Under the pieces are notes generated by a model that did not search any database, was not told where the DNA came from, and saw only the letters and a list, made by a program, of their open reading frames with translations. A stretch of 35,460 nucleotides of DNA from Bacteroidia bacterium. GTDB lineage: Bacteria; Bacteroidota; Bacteroidia; NS11-12g; UBA955. A program made the position numbers and the translations under genes. The stretch spans positions 1 to 35,460 of the forward strand of contig JANWHK010000076.1 in assembly GCA_025450395.1 (NCBI GenBank), read 5' to 3'. This document shows, piece after piece, positions 8,536 to 18,052 of this stretch; the first letter of the stretch is position 1, and each line of letters opens with the position of its first letter.

Positions 8536-9042
8536 ATGAGAAATATTATCATCTTATCAGTCATCGCAGTATTATGTTCCTGCAACCAGGCCTCGTCGTC
8601 CCAGGACTCCGGGTCTGACACCAATGCCACAACAACTGACAATGCCTCGGATGTTCCGGTGGAAATGATAGAGAATCCATCTACCGCTGCAGATCCAAAG
8701 GCGTTACCGGGAGAGATGCCGGAAATGACCTTTAAAACCAAGGATCACGATTTCGGTGATATTGTAGAGAACCAGGATGTTGAAACCACGTATGAATTTA
8801 CAAATACAGGAAAAGCGGATTTGCTGATCAGTGATTGCAGGGCTTCCTGTGGCTGTACAGTGCCTGACTGGCCAAAAACACCTATTAAACCCGGACAAAA
8901 AGGGGTGATTAAGGTAAGGTTTAACAGTGCTGGAAAGGCAGGTGTCAACAACAAGATAGTGACAGTTGTATCCAATACAAAAGAAGGAAATACCGAACTG
9001 AAATTCAGGGCTAATGTTCAGGCGGCTAAACCACAAGAATAA
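8536..9042 (+). CDS. DUF1573 Ig-like domain lipoprotein
   Basis: Lipobox LCSC; HDFGDI...FTNTGKADLLI...ASCGCTVP...PIKPG; nusB-DUF1573-yajC synteny; start moved to ATG 8536. Confidence 0.9.
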   Translation: MRNIIILSVIAVLCSCNQASSSQDSGSDTNATTTDNASDVPVEMIENPSTAADPKALPGEMPEMTFKTKDHDFGDIVENQDVETTYEFTNTGKADLLISDCRASCGCTVPDWPKTPIKPGQKGVIKVRFNSAGKAGVNNKIVTVVSNTKEGNTELKFRANVQAAKPQE

Positions 9043-9044
9043 CA

Positions 9045-9374
9045 ATGAATAACTTAAATATAATTTTACAGGCAGCTGGAGGATCAGGTGGTTCTTCACA
9101 GTTCCTGATCATGATGGGCTTAATGTTGGTAGTCATGTACTTTTTTATGATACGCCCACAGCAAAAAAAGGTGAAGTCACAAAAACTGTTTATCGAAGGA
9201 TTGAAAAAAGGAGACTTGATAATCACCACAGGTGGTATTCATGGTAAGGTTGTCAATTTAGATGGCACTACCATCGTAATAGATTCAGAAGGTACAAGGT
9301 TGAAGATTGAAAAATCTGCAGTATCTTCAGAATTGAGTGCTCCACTGAACAAGGCTGCTGAAGCAACTAAGTAA
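9045..9374 (+). CDS. yajC: Preprotein translocase subunit YajC
   Basis: YFFMIRPQQKK, LKKGD.IITTGGIHGKV, KIEKSAV. Confidence 0.96.
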   Translation: MNNLNIILQAAGGSGGSSQFLIMMGLMLVVMYFFMIRPQQKKVKSQKLFIEGLKKGDLIITTGGIHGKVVNLDGTTIVIDSEGTRLKIEKSAVSSELSAPLNKAAEATK

Positions 9375-9380
9375 ATACTT

Positions 9381-9977
9381 ATGCTCAAACTGGGTATAAC
9401 CGGTGGTATAGGCAGTGGAAAATCTACTGTTTGTGGGATATTTGCGCGCATGGGAGTGCCGGTTTATAACGCGGATGAAAGGGCAAAATGGCTGGTGGAT
9501 CACCACCCGTCCATGCAACAAGCCATCAGTGATGTCTTTGGTGAAAAGTCTTTTGAAAATGGTAAATACAATCGGGAGTATATCGCTTCCATCGTTTTTA
9601 AGGACAAAACCATGCTGGAGAAACTTAACAGTATCATTCATCCTGTAGTATTACAGGACTGGGAGGAGTTCTGCATTGAACACAAGTCTGATACCTATGT
9701 AATCAAGGAAGCGGCCATCATGCTGGAGGCAGGTGGCAGGGATACAATTGATAAAATTGTACTTGTACATTCACCTGCGGAATTGCGGATACAAAGGTTG
9801 ATGGAACGGGATCAACTGGACCGGAAAGCCATTGAATTAAGAATGAACAGCCAGATGCCCGAAGAGGAAAAGATGAAACTCGCGGATTATATCATTTACA
9901 ATGACAATGAACATTCACTCATCGAGCAGGTGCAGAATTTACATCAATTGATGGTAAGTAGTGCATGGATGTCGTGA
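9381..9977 (+). CDS. coaE: Dephospho-CoA kinase
   Basis: GITGGIGSGKST P-loop, LNSIIHPVV, KEAAIMLE, RMNSQM. Confidence 0.97.
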   Translation: MLKLGITGGIGSGKSTVCGIFARMGVPVYNADERAKWLVDHHPSMQQAISDVFGEKSFENGKYNREYIASIVFKDKTMLEKLNSIIHPVVLQDWEEFCIEHKSDTYVIKEAAIMLEAGGRDTIDKIVLVHSPAELRIQRLMERDQLDRKAIELRMNSQMPEEEKMKLADYIIYNDNEHSLIEQVQNLHQLMVSSAWMS

Positions 9978-9980
9978 GGA

Positions 9981-10013
9981 ATTTACGACATACGACATAC
10001 GATTTACGATGTG
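9981..10013 (+). repeat. Heptamer tandem array after the coaE stop
   Basis: ATTTACG ACATACG ACATACG ATTTACG ATGTG. Confidence 0.85.
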
Positions 10014-10116
10014 GGGAAAATGATAGGTAGAGTGAGCTCTGCCAAAATCCAAATTAAAAACATCTGCCCTTGTTGAGTCTCCTGACCAACAAGTCACGGA
10101 TAATTATATCAAACAA

Positions 10117-10151
10117 ACCGATTACTGATTACCGTTTACTGATTACTTGTT
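10117..10151 (-). repeat. Heptamer tandem array spanning the pdxJ stop
   Basis: Plus strand ACCGATT ACTGATT ACCGTTT ACTGATT ACTTGTT. Confidence 0.8.
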
Positions 10152-10876
10152 CCCAACTGGTTCAAATACATCCTCACCGTATTAGCCATTCCAAACTCCA
10201 ATGCGTCACAAATCAAGGCATGTCCGATGCTGACTTCCAGCAAACCTGCAATATGTTCCTGAAAATATCTCAGGTTTTTTAAGTCAAGGTCATGGCCGGC
10301 ATTTAAGACCAGGCCCGCTTCAACAGCTTCCCTTGCAGTTTCAATGTATGGCCTGATGGCATTTTCCCTATCCTTATCGAAACCGGATGCATAACTTTCA
10401 GTGTACAGTTCTATGCGGTCGGTACCCGTAAGTACTGCGGATGCTATCATTCTTGGGTCCGGATTCAGGAAAATGCTGGTCCTGATATTCTGGCTTTTCA
10501 ACTCTGCAATAATATCTTTCAGGAATGGAAGTTGTTGCATCGTATCCCATCCATTGTTACTGGTCAGTACATCGGGGGCATCAGGTACAAGCGTCACCTG
10601 CTGCGGACGGATATCCAACACAAGATCCATAAACTCCCTGCTTGGATAACCCTCTATATTGAATTCAGTCTTGACTGTTTTCTTGAGGAGATACAGGTCT
10701 TCAAAACGGACATGCCGCTGGTCGGGACGCGGATGAACCGTGATGCCATCAGCACCATAACTTTCTATTTTTCTTGCATAATCTACGATGTCGGGATTAT
10801 TGCCACCCCTGGCATTCCTAATGGTAGCCAGTTTGTTGATGTTGACGCTTAGTTTTGTTCGGTTCAGAGAGCCCAT
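10136..10876 (-). CDS. pdxJ: Pyridoxine 5'-phosphate synthase
   Basis: LSVNINKLATIRNARG, GITVHPRPDQRH, NIEG, QVTLVPD, NAGHDL, EVSIGHALI. Confidence 0.97.
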   Translation of the reverse strand: MGSLNRTKLSVNINKLATIRNARGGNNPDIVDYARKIESYGADGITVHPRPDQRHVRFEDLYLLKKTVKTEFNIEGYPSREFMDLVLDIRPQQVTLVPDAPDVLTSNNGWDTMQQLPFLKDIIAELKSQNIRTSIFLNPDPRMIASAVLTGTDRIELYTESYASGFDKDRENAIRPYIETAREAVEAGLVLNAGHDLDLKNLRYFQEHIAGLLEVSIGHALICDALEFGMANTVRMYLNQLGTSNQ

Positions 10877-12903
10877 AAAAGTTGTATGCTGGTATCTGTT
10901 GTCTTGTTTGAATTGATCTTGTCCTGTCCGCTCCCTGAACTTTCTGTGTTTTCGTAGGAAGTGCGCGCAAATCTAAAACATAAATGAATATTTTTATTCA
11001 TTTTATATTTAACCAAAAGATAAAACCTCGTTCCCCTGTTCTGGAATGCAGGAACAGAAAAGGAATACATCACATCGTTTTCAAATGCGTACACACGACT
11101 GTTATAATCCTCCACATCAAAAAACATCAGACGACTTAGCAGTTTTACATTTTTAAACACCTGTACCTGCAGGTCCTGCAACATCAGCATGCCATTCAAG
11201 GTCTTGCCGAATTGCCGCTGATACCATACATGTTCGATACGGCTTTTAAGGGTCATTGAGGTGTTGATTTTTATTTCGAGGTGGAATCTCAGCAATTGCC
11301 TCCTGTTTAGTTCAAGCCGGTTTATAATCTGTGTACCGGCCTCGTTTTTCTGTTTTTGTTCATTCCGGTACCTGACATACCAGCTGAAAAGCCTGCGTTT
11401 TGTAAACTGCAATTCAAGCATCATGTCGCTGCCGCGTGAGGGTGCATCTACCTGGTATCGCAACCAATTGAAATGGTATATATCCGCATAGGCATTGAGT
11501 TTGTAATTTTTAATTGGCGTGAATGAACAGGCCATATACAGGCCTTTTTCATTGTGGTTGTCCTGTGTTTCACCAAAGGCATTGGTAATGGAAGGAATAT
11601 AATACATGCTATAGTTCCTGTATAATAAACTAATGTCAAAATTTTTATCAAGAGAAGCGATGACCCCGTTGATAAAAGAAAAACTCTTGAGGTCCTGGTT
11701 CATGGCTGCTTCGCCAAAGAAAAGCAGGTTTTTGTGAAAAAGCTTATAGTCTGTTCCATAGTTTTGTATCGCCGATACATGGTTGTTGTATAACTGGTAT
11801 GACTTCTTTTCGTCCAATGATTGTTCACTCCCGTATTTTGTGTGTACCATGGTAAGTCCTATTTGTAATTTTCCTGATTTGAACTCTATGTTTGAGCCTG
11901 CAATGCGGCGTTTTAATATTCCTTTTTTTGACAATTCGGGGAGGTTCCTGTAATTCCCCGTATTCAAAAGACCGGTGAATCTACTTTCATTCATACTGTC
12001 TTCACTGGTCGTGGCGTCAATTTTTTTAAGTGAGTAAAACGCTGTAAGGTGTATACCTGCTGAGATTTTATAAATGAAACCTCCACCTCTGAGGAACTCA
12101 TTTTCATTCATTGCCCTATTCGGTCTCAAACCATTCTGCCGACGCATGACGTCCAATACAAAGGCTGATTTCCCAAAAGTGAGACCACTGCCAAAACACA
12201 GACCCTGGCCGAAAGCTGCCTGGAAATCGCCGATCAATAATTGCCTGATTTTTCCCGTAGACAAGAATTGCAGGTAAGATGAAAAAAAGGAATTCCTCAG
12301 ATTTTCGCCATCATCTTTTTCTGTATTAAAACCGAAAGACAAGTTCTTGCCCATTGAGGCTTTATAACGTACCACATGGCGGTATGGACTTCCGCGGAAG
12401 GCATTCCTGTCGGAGTCCGGCAACTTATAGCCTACTGACTTTTCCAGTCTTCTTTGGGACAAATATGCGACTTCATGATGGTAATTTTTCCTGAATGATT
12501 GATAGTTCAGGTCGGATAATTCCAGGTTTTCAAGTATATTGATATAGGGTTTGATTGTCAGAATAAAATCAGGCTCAAATCCCGCAATGACCTGGAGTTC
12601 ATAAATAGAGGTGAGCTTGCCGTATAATTGCCGGTGCAGCAAGAGGGCCTGTATATGTTCAGGGGTCAGTTGTGATATTCTTGAAAGTTCTTCCTGTACT
12701 GCCATGTTCAGGTTTATTGGGTGCCTGACCAGGTATTCCAACTGCTCGGAGAGGTCGGTGTAATCCGAATTGCTTTCAGTATTTTCAACATATTTTTCGA
12801 GGGTTTCCTTGGCTATTTCAAGTTCACTGTCCTGCGCCGTGACTGCCATAGGACCCATCAATAAATACAGGCATATTATCAGGGCCCTATTTGCCGATCT
12901 CAT
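10864..12903 (-). CDS. Exported protein with ComEA-like helix-hairpin-helix domain and probable outer-membrane beta-barrel
   Basis: Signal peptide ending VTA-Q; PINLN...EEL...IYELQVIAGF HhH region; EKDDGE, GDFQAAFGQGL and YAFENDVMYSFS motifs; amphipathic strands; start moved to ATG 12903. Confidence 0.82.
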   Translation of the reverse strand: MRSANRALIICLYLLMGPMAVTAQDSELEIAKETLEKYVENTESNSDYTDLSEQLEYLVRHPINLNMAVQEELSRISQLTPEHIQALLLHRQLYGKLTSIYELQVIAGFEPDFILTIKPYINILENLELSDLNYQSFRKNYHHEVAYLSQRRLEKSVGYKLPDSDRNAFRGSPYRHVVRYKASMGKNLSFGFNTEKDDGENLRNSFFSSYLQFLSTGKIRQLLIGDFQAAFGQGLCFGSGLTFGKSAFVLDVMRRQNGLRPNRAMNENEFLRGGGFIYKISAGIHLTAFYSLKKIDATTSEDSMNESRFTGLLNTGNYRNLPELSKKGILKRRIAGSNIEFKSGKLQIGLTMVHTKYGSEQSLDEKKSYQLYNNHVSAIQNYGTDYKLFHKNLLFFGEAAMNQDLKSFSFINGVIASLDKNFDISLLYRNYSMYYIPSITNAFGETQDNHNEKGLYMACSFTPIKNYKLNAYADIYHFNWLRYQVDAPSRGSDMMLELQFTKRRLFSWYVRYRNEQKQKNEAGTQIINRLELNRRQLLRFHLEIKINTSMTLKSRIEHVWYQRQFGKTLNGMLMLQDLQVQVFKNVKLLSRLMFFDVEDYNSRVYAFENDVMYSFSVPAFQNRGTRFYLLVKYKMNKNIHLCFRFARTSYENTESSGSGQDKINSNKTTDTSIQLLWAL

Positions 12904-13699
12904 ATATAAATGACAGGTTATTGGAGCTGCCAGCGGCCTGCATAAGTGAAGAAGCATAAGCGATGGTATAGTGCTTATGTTTAAAACCAATACCAAAAGT
13001 ACACTGTGGCTGCAGGCTTGAAAAGCCGATGCAAAAATGAAATTTTGGGTTGAGTTGGTACTGGCAGGCGAGTTTGATATTGGTCCTGAATGTACGGCTC
13101 TTCTCAGCCTCACAAACGACACTTATTTTCTTGTTGATTTTGTAAAGTAAACCCATGCGGAAAGTCCTTTGTAAATGTTCACCAGGGCAATCCTTGAATC
13201 TGGCCGCAAATGGATTGAAGACAAAAAAAGATGAACTCAATTTATTGGTGATATTGGCTACAAGTGAAAATTCAATGGTGATAACAGAGGCTCTGCCATA
13301 AGTGCGGATATTGTAATGATGGTAATTGGCGCCTATTCCAAAACCGGATTGTTTACTTGTAGCATGCGCAAAACTGAAGCCAATGGTCCGGTCACTCAGT
13401 ATATTGTTGCCATCTGAAAGCAGCTTGAAGCCATATGCTATTTTTTTAAAAGGTAAAACTGCGCATATTGCTACCTGGTTGACATCCTTCAGGGCATAGC
13501 GATTGGTAAAGGAAAATCCTATGCCTGGTTTTTTCATCTCCGTCATCAGTGCACAATTATTTGCCGGACTGAATACATCTGCAAGCATCAATCCGGAGCC
13601 ACCCATGGATAAAGCCCTTGCCCCGGCCGGCGGATAATAGCCGATACCGAACACTTGACTGATTGAGAGGCACACGCATATCAACACTTTTTTCTTCAT
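12887..13699 (-). CDS. Putative outer-membrane beta-barrel (PorV/PorQ/FadL-like N-terminus)
   Basis: Signal peptide; GARALSMGG...NNCAL motif; alternating strands; 17-nt overlap with the downstream gene. Confidence 0.7.
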   Translation of the reverse strand: MKKKVLICVCLSISQVFGIGYYPPAGARALSMGGSGLMLADVFSPANNCALMTEMKKPGIGFSFTNRYALKDVNQVAICAVLPFKKIAYGFKLLSDGNNILSDRTIGFSFAHATSKQSGFGIGANYHHYNIRTYGRASVITIEFSLVANITNKLSSSFFVFNPFAARFKDCPGEHLQRTFRMGLLYKINKKISVVCEAEKSRTFRTNIKLACQYQLNPKFHFCIGFSSLQPQCTFGIGFKHKHYTIAYASSLMQAAGSSNNLSFIYEIGK

Positions 13700-13835
13700 G
13701 GAGGTTTGCGTACAATGTTAATATGCATTGCATTTCACAGCCGGGTCCGATTGATAGTTGGTACAGGTTGTTTAACAAATGGTATGGTTTAGTAAGCGCG
13801 AACTATAGTCAGGGATTAAATAATTTATAATTATG

Positions 13836-13865
13836 TTGCAAAATACCATAAACCATTTAATTTTG
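13836..13865 (+). promoter_or_regulatory. Promoter of the ktrA/trkA gene (leaderless or near-leaderless)
   Basis: TTG-N19-TAATTTTG ending 5 nt before ATG 13871. Confidence 0.7.
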
Positions 13866-13870
13866 CCTCA

Positions 13871-14566
13871 ATGATAAAAGCAAAGTTTGCAGTGATAGGC
13901 CTGGGCCGATTTGGTGGTAAAATCGCACGGCAGTTGGCCAGGCGTGGTGCTGAAGTGGTAGCGATAGATGACAATGAGGATAAGGTGGAATTGTTGAAGG
14001 AAGATGTAGCGATGGCGATTACAATGGATGCCACTGAAATGAATGCACTTAAAAGTTTTAAGATTGAGGAGATGGATGCGGTGGTGGTGGCCATAGGCGA
14101 GAATTTTGAAGCGCTGATGCTCACGGTCGTCAACCTGCTTGACCTCAAGATCAAGCGTATCATTGCCAGGGCTGGGTCGCCGCACCAGAAAATGATTCTT
14201 GAGAAACTTGGCGTTACCGAAATACTGTCCCCGGAGGAAGAGGTAGGTATCATCGTTGCGGAAAGGCTGGTCCATCCAAGTGTGAAAACCTTCCTGCAGT
14301 TACCCGATGGTTATGAGATTGCTGAAATTGAGGCACCAAAGGGCATTATCAACATGACCATTGACAAGATCGAATTCGATGTCAAGTACAATTTAACCCT
14401 GATCACCATCAAGCGCTTATATGAAGTGGATAAAAGGGGAACTGTGGAGTATGAGAGGCATTTGTTAGGTGTGGTGCAATCCAATACTGTTATCTATGTG
14501 AATGACGAGATTATTATCATGGGCAAGGAGATTGATATTGAACGTTTTATTGAGTTGAACAAATAA
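13871..14566 (+). CDS. ktrA: TrkA/KtrA-family potassium uptake regulatory (RCK) subunit
   Basis: FAVIGLGRFG Rossmann motif, DAVVVAIGE, ILEKLGV.EILSPEEEVG; RCK-C domain. Confidence 0.9.
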   Translation: MIKAKFAVIGLGRFGGKIARQLARRGAEVVAIDDNEDKVELLKEDVAMAITMDATEMNALKSFKIEEMDAVVVAIGENFEALMLTVVNLLDLKIKRIIARAGSPHQKMILEKLGVTEILSPEEEVGIIVAERLVHPSVKTFLQLPDGYEIAEIEAPKGIINMTIDKIEFDVKYNLTLITIKRLYEVDKRGTVEYERHLLGVVQSNTVIYVNDEIIIMGKEIDIERFIELNK

Positions 14567-14632
14567 CAGGAAATTCCCCTTCCCGCCCAATTTACTGATA
14601 CCTATTACTTTTTTATTTCACGCATTTTGTCA

Positions 14633-14660
14633 TATATTTGTCTCGTGGTACACCAATTGA
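14633..14660 (+). promoter_or_regulatory. lon promoter region: -7 box plus a sigma54-like element
   Basis: TATATTTG (14633-14640); TGGTAC-N5-TTGA (14646-14660) resembles TGGCAC-N5-TTGC with two mismatches. Confidence 0.45.
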
Positions 14661-14680
14661 TTATTTGAAAGTGTTATAGT

Positions 14681-17152
14681 ATGAATTTTAATAAAAAAAT
14701 ATTTGGGAGCCATATAGAGTCTGAAGATTCTGAAGGGGGGGACCTGTTCCCGCTTTTCTCGCAGCAGGAAGAAAAAGAAAGCAACCGTCAAATGGTGCCG
14801 GACAGTCTGCCAATATTACCGATTCGGAATACAGTCTTATTTCCCGGCGTTGTATTTCCAATCACGGTAGGCAGGGATAAGTCTATCAAGCTGATAAAAG
14901 ATGCCAACAAGGGTGATAAGATCATTGGTGTATTTGCACAGATCAATCCTGAAACAGAGGAGCCAACCATCACCGATCTTAATTCCATTGGAACCATGGC
15001 ACAGATCATCAAGATTCTGCGCATGCCCGATGGTAACACCACTGCCATTATACAGGGTAAACGCAAGATAAGACTGGGGGATGAGATATTTTCAGAACCA
15101 TATTTGCGGGCCAATGTGAAGGCCATAGAGATGGAGGATGAAAAACCTGACAAGGAATTAAAAGCCCTCATCAGCAGTATCAAGGATACCGCTACAGAGA
15201 ACATTGAACTGTCCCCGAATATTCCGTCTGAGGCTAACTTTGCCTTAAGGAATATAGACAGTGATAATTTCCTTGTGAGTTTTATTGCTTCCAACCTGAA
15301 TATCTCGCTGGTCGAAAAACAGGATATACTGAATTCAAATACGCTGAAAGAGCGTGCCGGACTTGTGTTTGAACACCTTATACGTGAAAACCAGATGCTG
15401 AAGCTGAAGGACCAGATACAGAGCAAGGTGAAGGTGGATATTGATAAACAACAGAAGGAATATTTCCTGCAACAGCAGATCAGGGCCATACAGGAAGAAC
15501 TGGGCCATGAAAGTCCTGACAGGGAAATACAAAGCCTTAGGGAAAGGGGAGCAACGAAAAAATGGTCGAAGGAAACAGGAGAAGCCTTTAACAAGGAGCT
15601 GGATAAGCTTTTGAGGATCAATCCTGCCAGCCCGGATTATTCGGTCAGCCTTAATTATGCGCAAACGCTTCTGGAATTGCCATGGAACGATTTTACAAAG
15701 GATAATCTCGATATTGTAAAAGCACAGAAAGTGCTTGATGCAGACCATTTCGGTCTTGAAAAGGTAAAACAGCGCATTCTTGAATACCTCGCGGTAATCA
15801 AATTAAAGGGAGACCTGAAAAGTCCGATTATATGTCTTTATGGCCCTCCCGGTGTAGGCAAGACTTCCCTTGGCAAAAGTATAGCCAGGGCGCTCGGCAG
15901 GAAATATGTGAGGGTTTCCCTCGGCGGACTGCACGATGAGTCGGAGATCAGGGGACACCGTAAAACCTATATAGGCGCTATGCCCGGAAGGATTATCCAG
16001 AACCTGAAAAAGGTAAAATCCGGCAACCCGGTATTTGTATTGGATGAAATAGATAAGGTAGGTAATGATTTCAGGGGCGACCCTTCGTCCGCCTTGCTGG
16101 AAGTGCTGGATCCCGAACAGAATACAACATTTCACGACAATTACCTGGAACTGGATTACGATCTGAGCAAGGTAATGTTCATTGCCACCGCCAATTCCCT
16201 TGACAGCATACAGCCAGCCCTGCTTGACAGGATGGAAGTCATCGAACTGAGCGGTTATACAGTGGAAGAAAAAATCCAGATAGCACAGAAATACCTGGTG
16301 CCTAAACAGCGCAGCATGCATGGTCTGAAGGCCAGCCAGTTCAAGTTAAAGGACAAGGTACTGGAAACTATTGTCGAAGAGTATACAAGGGAGAGCGGAG
16401 TCAGGAACCTGGAAAAGAAAATTGCTTCACTGGTAAGGCACAATGCCATGCTAACTGCAAAGGAAACCAATACTACTCCGTCACTCAGCAAGGAGGATGT
16501 GCAGAAGATACTCGGCGTGGACAAGATGGATAAGGAAATCTACCAGGATAACGATACTGCGGGCGTTGTAACGGGCCTTGCATGGAGTCCGGTAGGTGGA
16601 AGTATATTGTTTGTCGAAAGTACACTCACAAGGGGCAAGGGTAATTTAACCCTGACCGGTAAACTGGGTGATGTAATGAAGGAAAGCGCTACTACGGCCA
16701 TGACCTTCCTGAAAGCGAATGCCGATTACCTGGAAATTGATTACAGGACCTTCAACAATTGGGATGCACATATTCACTTTCCTGCGGGAGCAATTCCAAA
16801 GGATGGCCCAAGTGCGGGAATCACGATCTTGACTTCACTGGCTTCACTTTATACACAGCGCAAGGTAAAACCTTACCTGGCCATGACCGGTGAAATCACC
16901 CTGAGGGGAAGGGTATTGCCTGTAGGTGGAATCAAGGAAAAAATACTCGCAGCCAAGAGGTCGGGTATCAAGGAGGTTATCATGTGCCATGAAAACAAGA
17001 AGGATGTTGAAGATATTCCACAGCAATATTTGAAAGGTGTAAGTTTTCATTACGTGAAACACATGTTGGAGGTGCTGGATTTCGCCTTAATGGACGAGAA
17101 AGTAGCCAAACCTCTCAATTTAAAAATAGAAGAAGTCAAATCTCTTATATGA
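14681..17152 (+). CDS. lon: ATP-dependent protease La (LonA)
   Basis: [37 protein letters not shown] catalytic Ser, [10 protein letters not shown]. Confidence 0.99.
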   Translation: MNFNKKIFGSHIESEDSEGGDLFPLFSQQEEKESNRQMVPDSLPILPIRNTVLFPGVVFPITVGRDKSIKLIKDANKGDKIIGVFAQINPETEEPTITDLNSIGTMAQIIKILRMPDGNTTAIIQGKRKIRLGDEIFSEPYLRANVKAIEMEDEKPDKELKALISSIKDTATENIELSPNIPSEANFALRNIDSDNFLVSFIASNLNISLVEKQDILNSNTLKERAGLVFEHLIRENQMLKLKDQIQSKVKVDIDKQQKEYFLQQQIRAIQEELGHESPDREIQSLRERGATKKWSKETGEAFNKELDKLLRINPASPDYSVSLNYAQTLLELPWNDFTKDNLDIVKAQKVLDADHFGLEKVKQRILEYLAVIKLKGDLKSPIICLYGPPGVGKTSLGKSIARALGRKYVRVSLGGLHDESEIRGHRKTYIGAMPGRIIQNLKKVKSGNPVFVLDEIDKVGNDFRGDPSSALLEVLDPEQNTTFHDNYLELDYDLSKVMFIATANSLDSIQPALLDRMEVIELSGYTVEEKIQIAQKYLVPKQRSMHGLKASQFKLKDKVLETIVEEYTRESGVRNLEKKIASLVRHNAMLTAKETNTTPSLSKEDVQKILGVDKMDKEIYQDNDTAGVVTGLAWSPVGGSILFVESTLTRGKGNLTLTGKLGDVMKESATTAMTFLKANADYLEIDYRTFNNWDAHIHFPAGAIPKDGPSAGITILTSLASLYTQRKVKPYLAMTGEITLRGRVLPVGGIKEKILAAKRSGIKEVIMCHENKKDVEDIPQQYLKGVSFHYVKHMLEVLDFALMDEKVAKPLNLKIEEVKSLI

Positions 17153-17532
17153 AAAACATAATTAAATTGGGCATAGTAGCCTGCACGGCCTTGGTATTTG
17201 TAAACGGTTGCAAGGCTAAAAAGACGCCAACGCAGATTGCTGAAATAAAGCCTAAATCTGTATGTGACCTGATGACGGTAGGGTATGCTTCACATGTCAA
17301 ATCCATTATTGACAAGGAATGTGCAAGTGGATGCCACAGTGCGAAGAACGCAGCGGGCGGGCTTGATTTGACAACGTATGAAAATGTAATGTATGAAGCC
17401 GGAAAGCCAAGGTTCCTGGGAGCCTTGAATCATGAAGCTCCTTTTTCACCCATGCCTAAAAAACACCCGAAATTGGCAGACAGTACCATTCAGGTTATTA
17501 CCTGTTGGATTGAAAACGGAAGGGCGTTGTAA
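17149..17532 (+). CDS. Lipoprotein, putative monoheme cytochrome c with CX3CH motif
   Basis: Lipobox VNGC; CASGCH; GGLDLTTY, PMP and WIENG, resembling planctomycete-type cytochrome c domains; ATGA overlap with lon. Confidence 0.72.
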   Translation: MKNIIKLGIVACTALVFVNGCKAKKTPTQIAEIKPKSVCDLMTVGYASHVKSIIDKECASGCHSAKNAAGGLDLTTYENVMYEAGKPRFLGALNHEAPFSPMPKKHPKLADSTIQVITCWIENGRAL

Positions 17533-17535
17533 TAT

Positions 17536-17958
17536 TTATTCCAGGTAGATTTCCAATTCACCTACGGCCCCGTTGAGTTCCACCCAAGCCACCATATTAA
17601 GCCCAAGGTCAAGGAACATCACAGGCCTGTCTGCGCCTGTATTCTTGTCCATCAATGTTTTCAGGCTTATGATCCTGAATTTTTTGCCGGCATATTCACA
17701 GGGGAGGCTCTGGACATCATGTTCGCCATCGAGGAAGAAATATTCATAAAAATCGTCGCCGGTTTCCTTGTTATAGGTAGCGTTGGGATTCGGAATGAGC
17801 GTTTTCCGGAAATACTGTATATACCTGAATCCTTTTCCGGGACATATGCCGATGAATACTGAATCTCCTGCCTGTACCGTCCTGCTACTGTCGTTTGTTT
17901 CAGCCATGGTGCTGAGCGTTAAAGACATAAAAAAACATAAAAGGAATATTGTTCTCAT
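17536..17958 (-). CDS. Hypothetical secreted protein
   Basis: Signal peptide; fills the gap between neighbours; two Cys in the mature part. Confidence 0.7.
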   Translation of the reverse strand: MRTIFLLCFFMSLTLSTMAETNDSSRTVQAGDSVFIGICPGKGFRYIQYFRKTLIPNPNATYNKETGDDFYEYFFLDGEHDVQSLPCEYAGKKFRIISLKTLMDKNTGADRPVMFLDLGLNMVAWVELNGAVGELEIYLE

Positions 17959-18052
17959 GTAAAATGTGATACTACAATTTTACAGCCAAAATAAGAAAAA
18001 TTTTTTGAATTTAAAAAAAAGATGTTATTTAGCGGAAAATTAAACTAACGCA

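Noticed and set aside
13700-13870. Possible c-di-AMP or other riboswitch upstream of ktrA (partial ATGGT/ACCAT complementarity)
   Set aside because: No recognisable riboswitch consensus, and the best promoter lies 5 nt from the ATG, leaving no leader.
14788-15621. 277-aa antisense ORF inside lon (also 15335-15748 and 15803-16321)
   Set aside because: Ser/Leu/Phe-rich shadow of a conserved gene; no recognisable motifs or promoter.
17958-17984. TGTAAAAT...ATTTTACA inverted repeat in a divergent promoter region
   Set aside because: Short, AT-rich and single; cannot be distinguished from chance.
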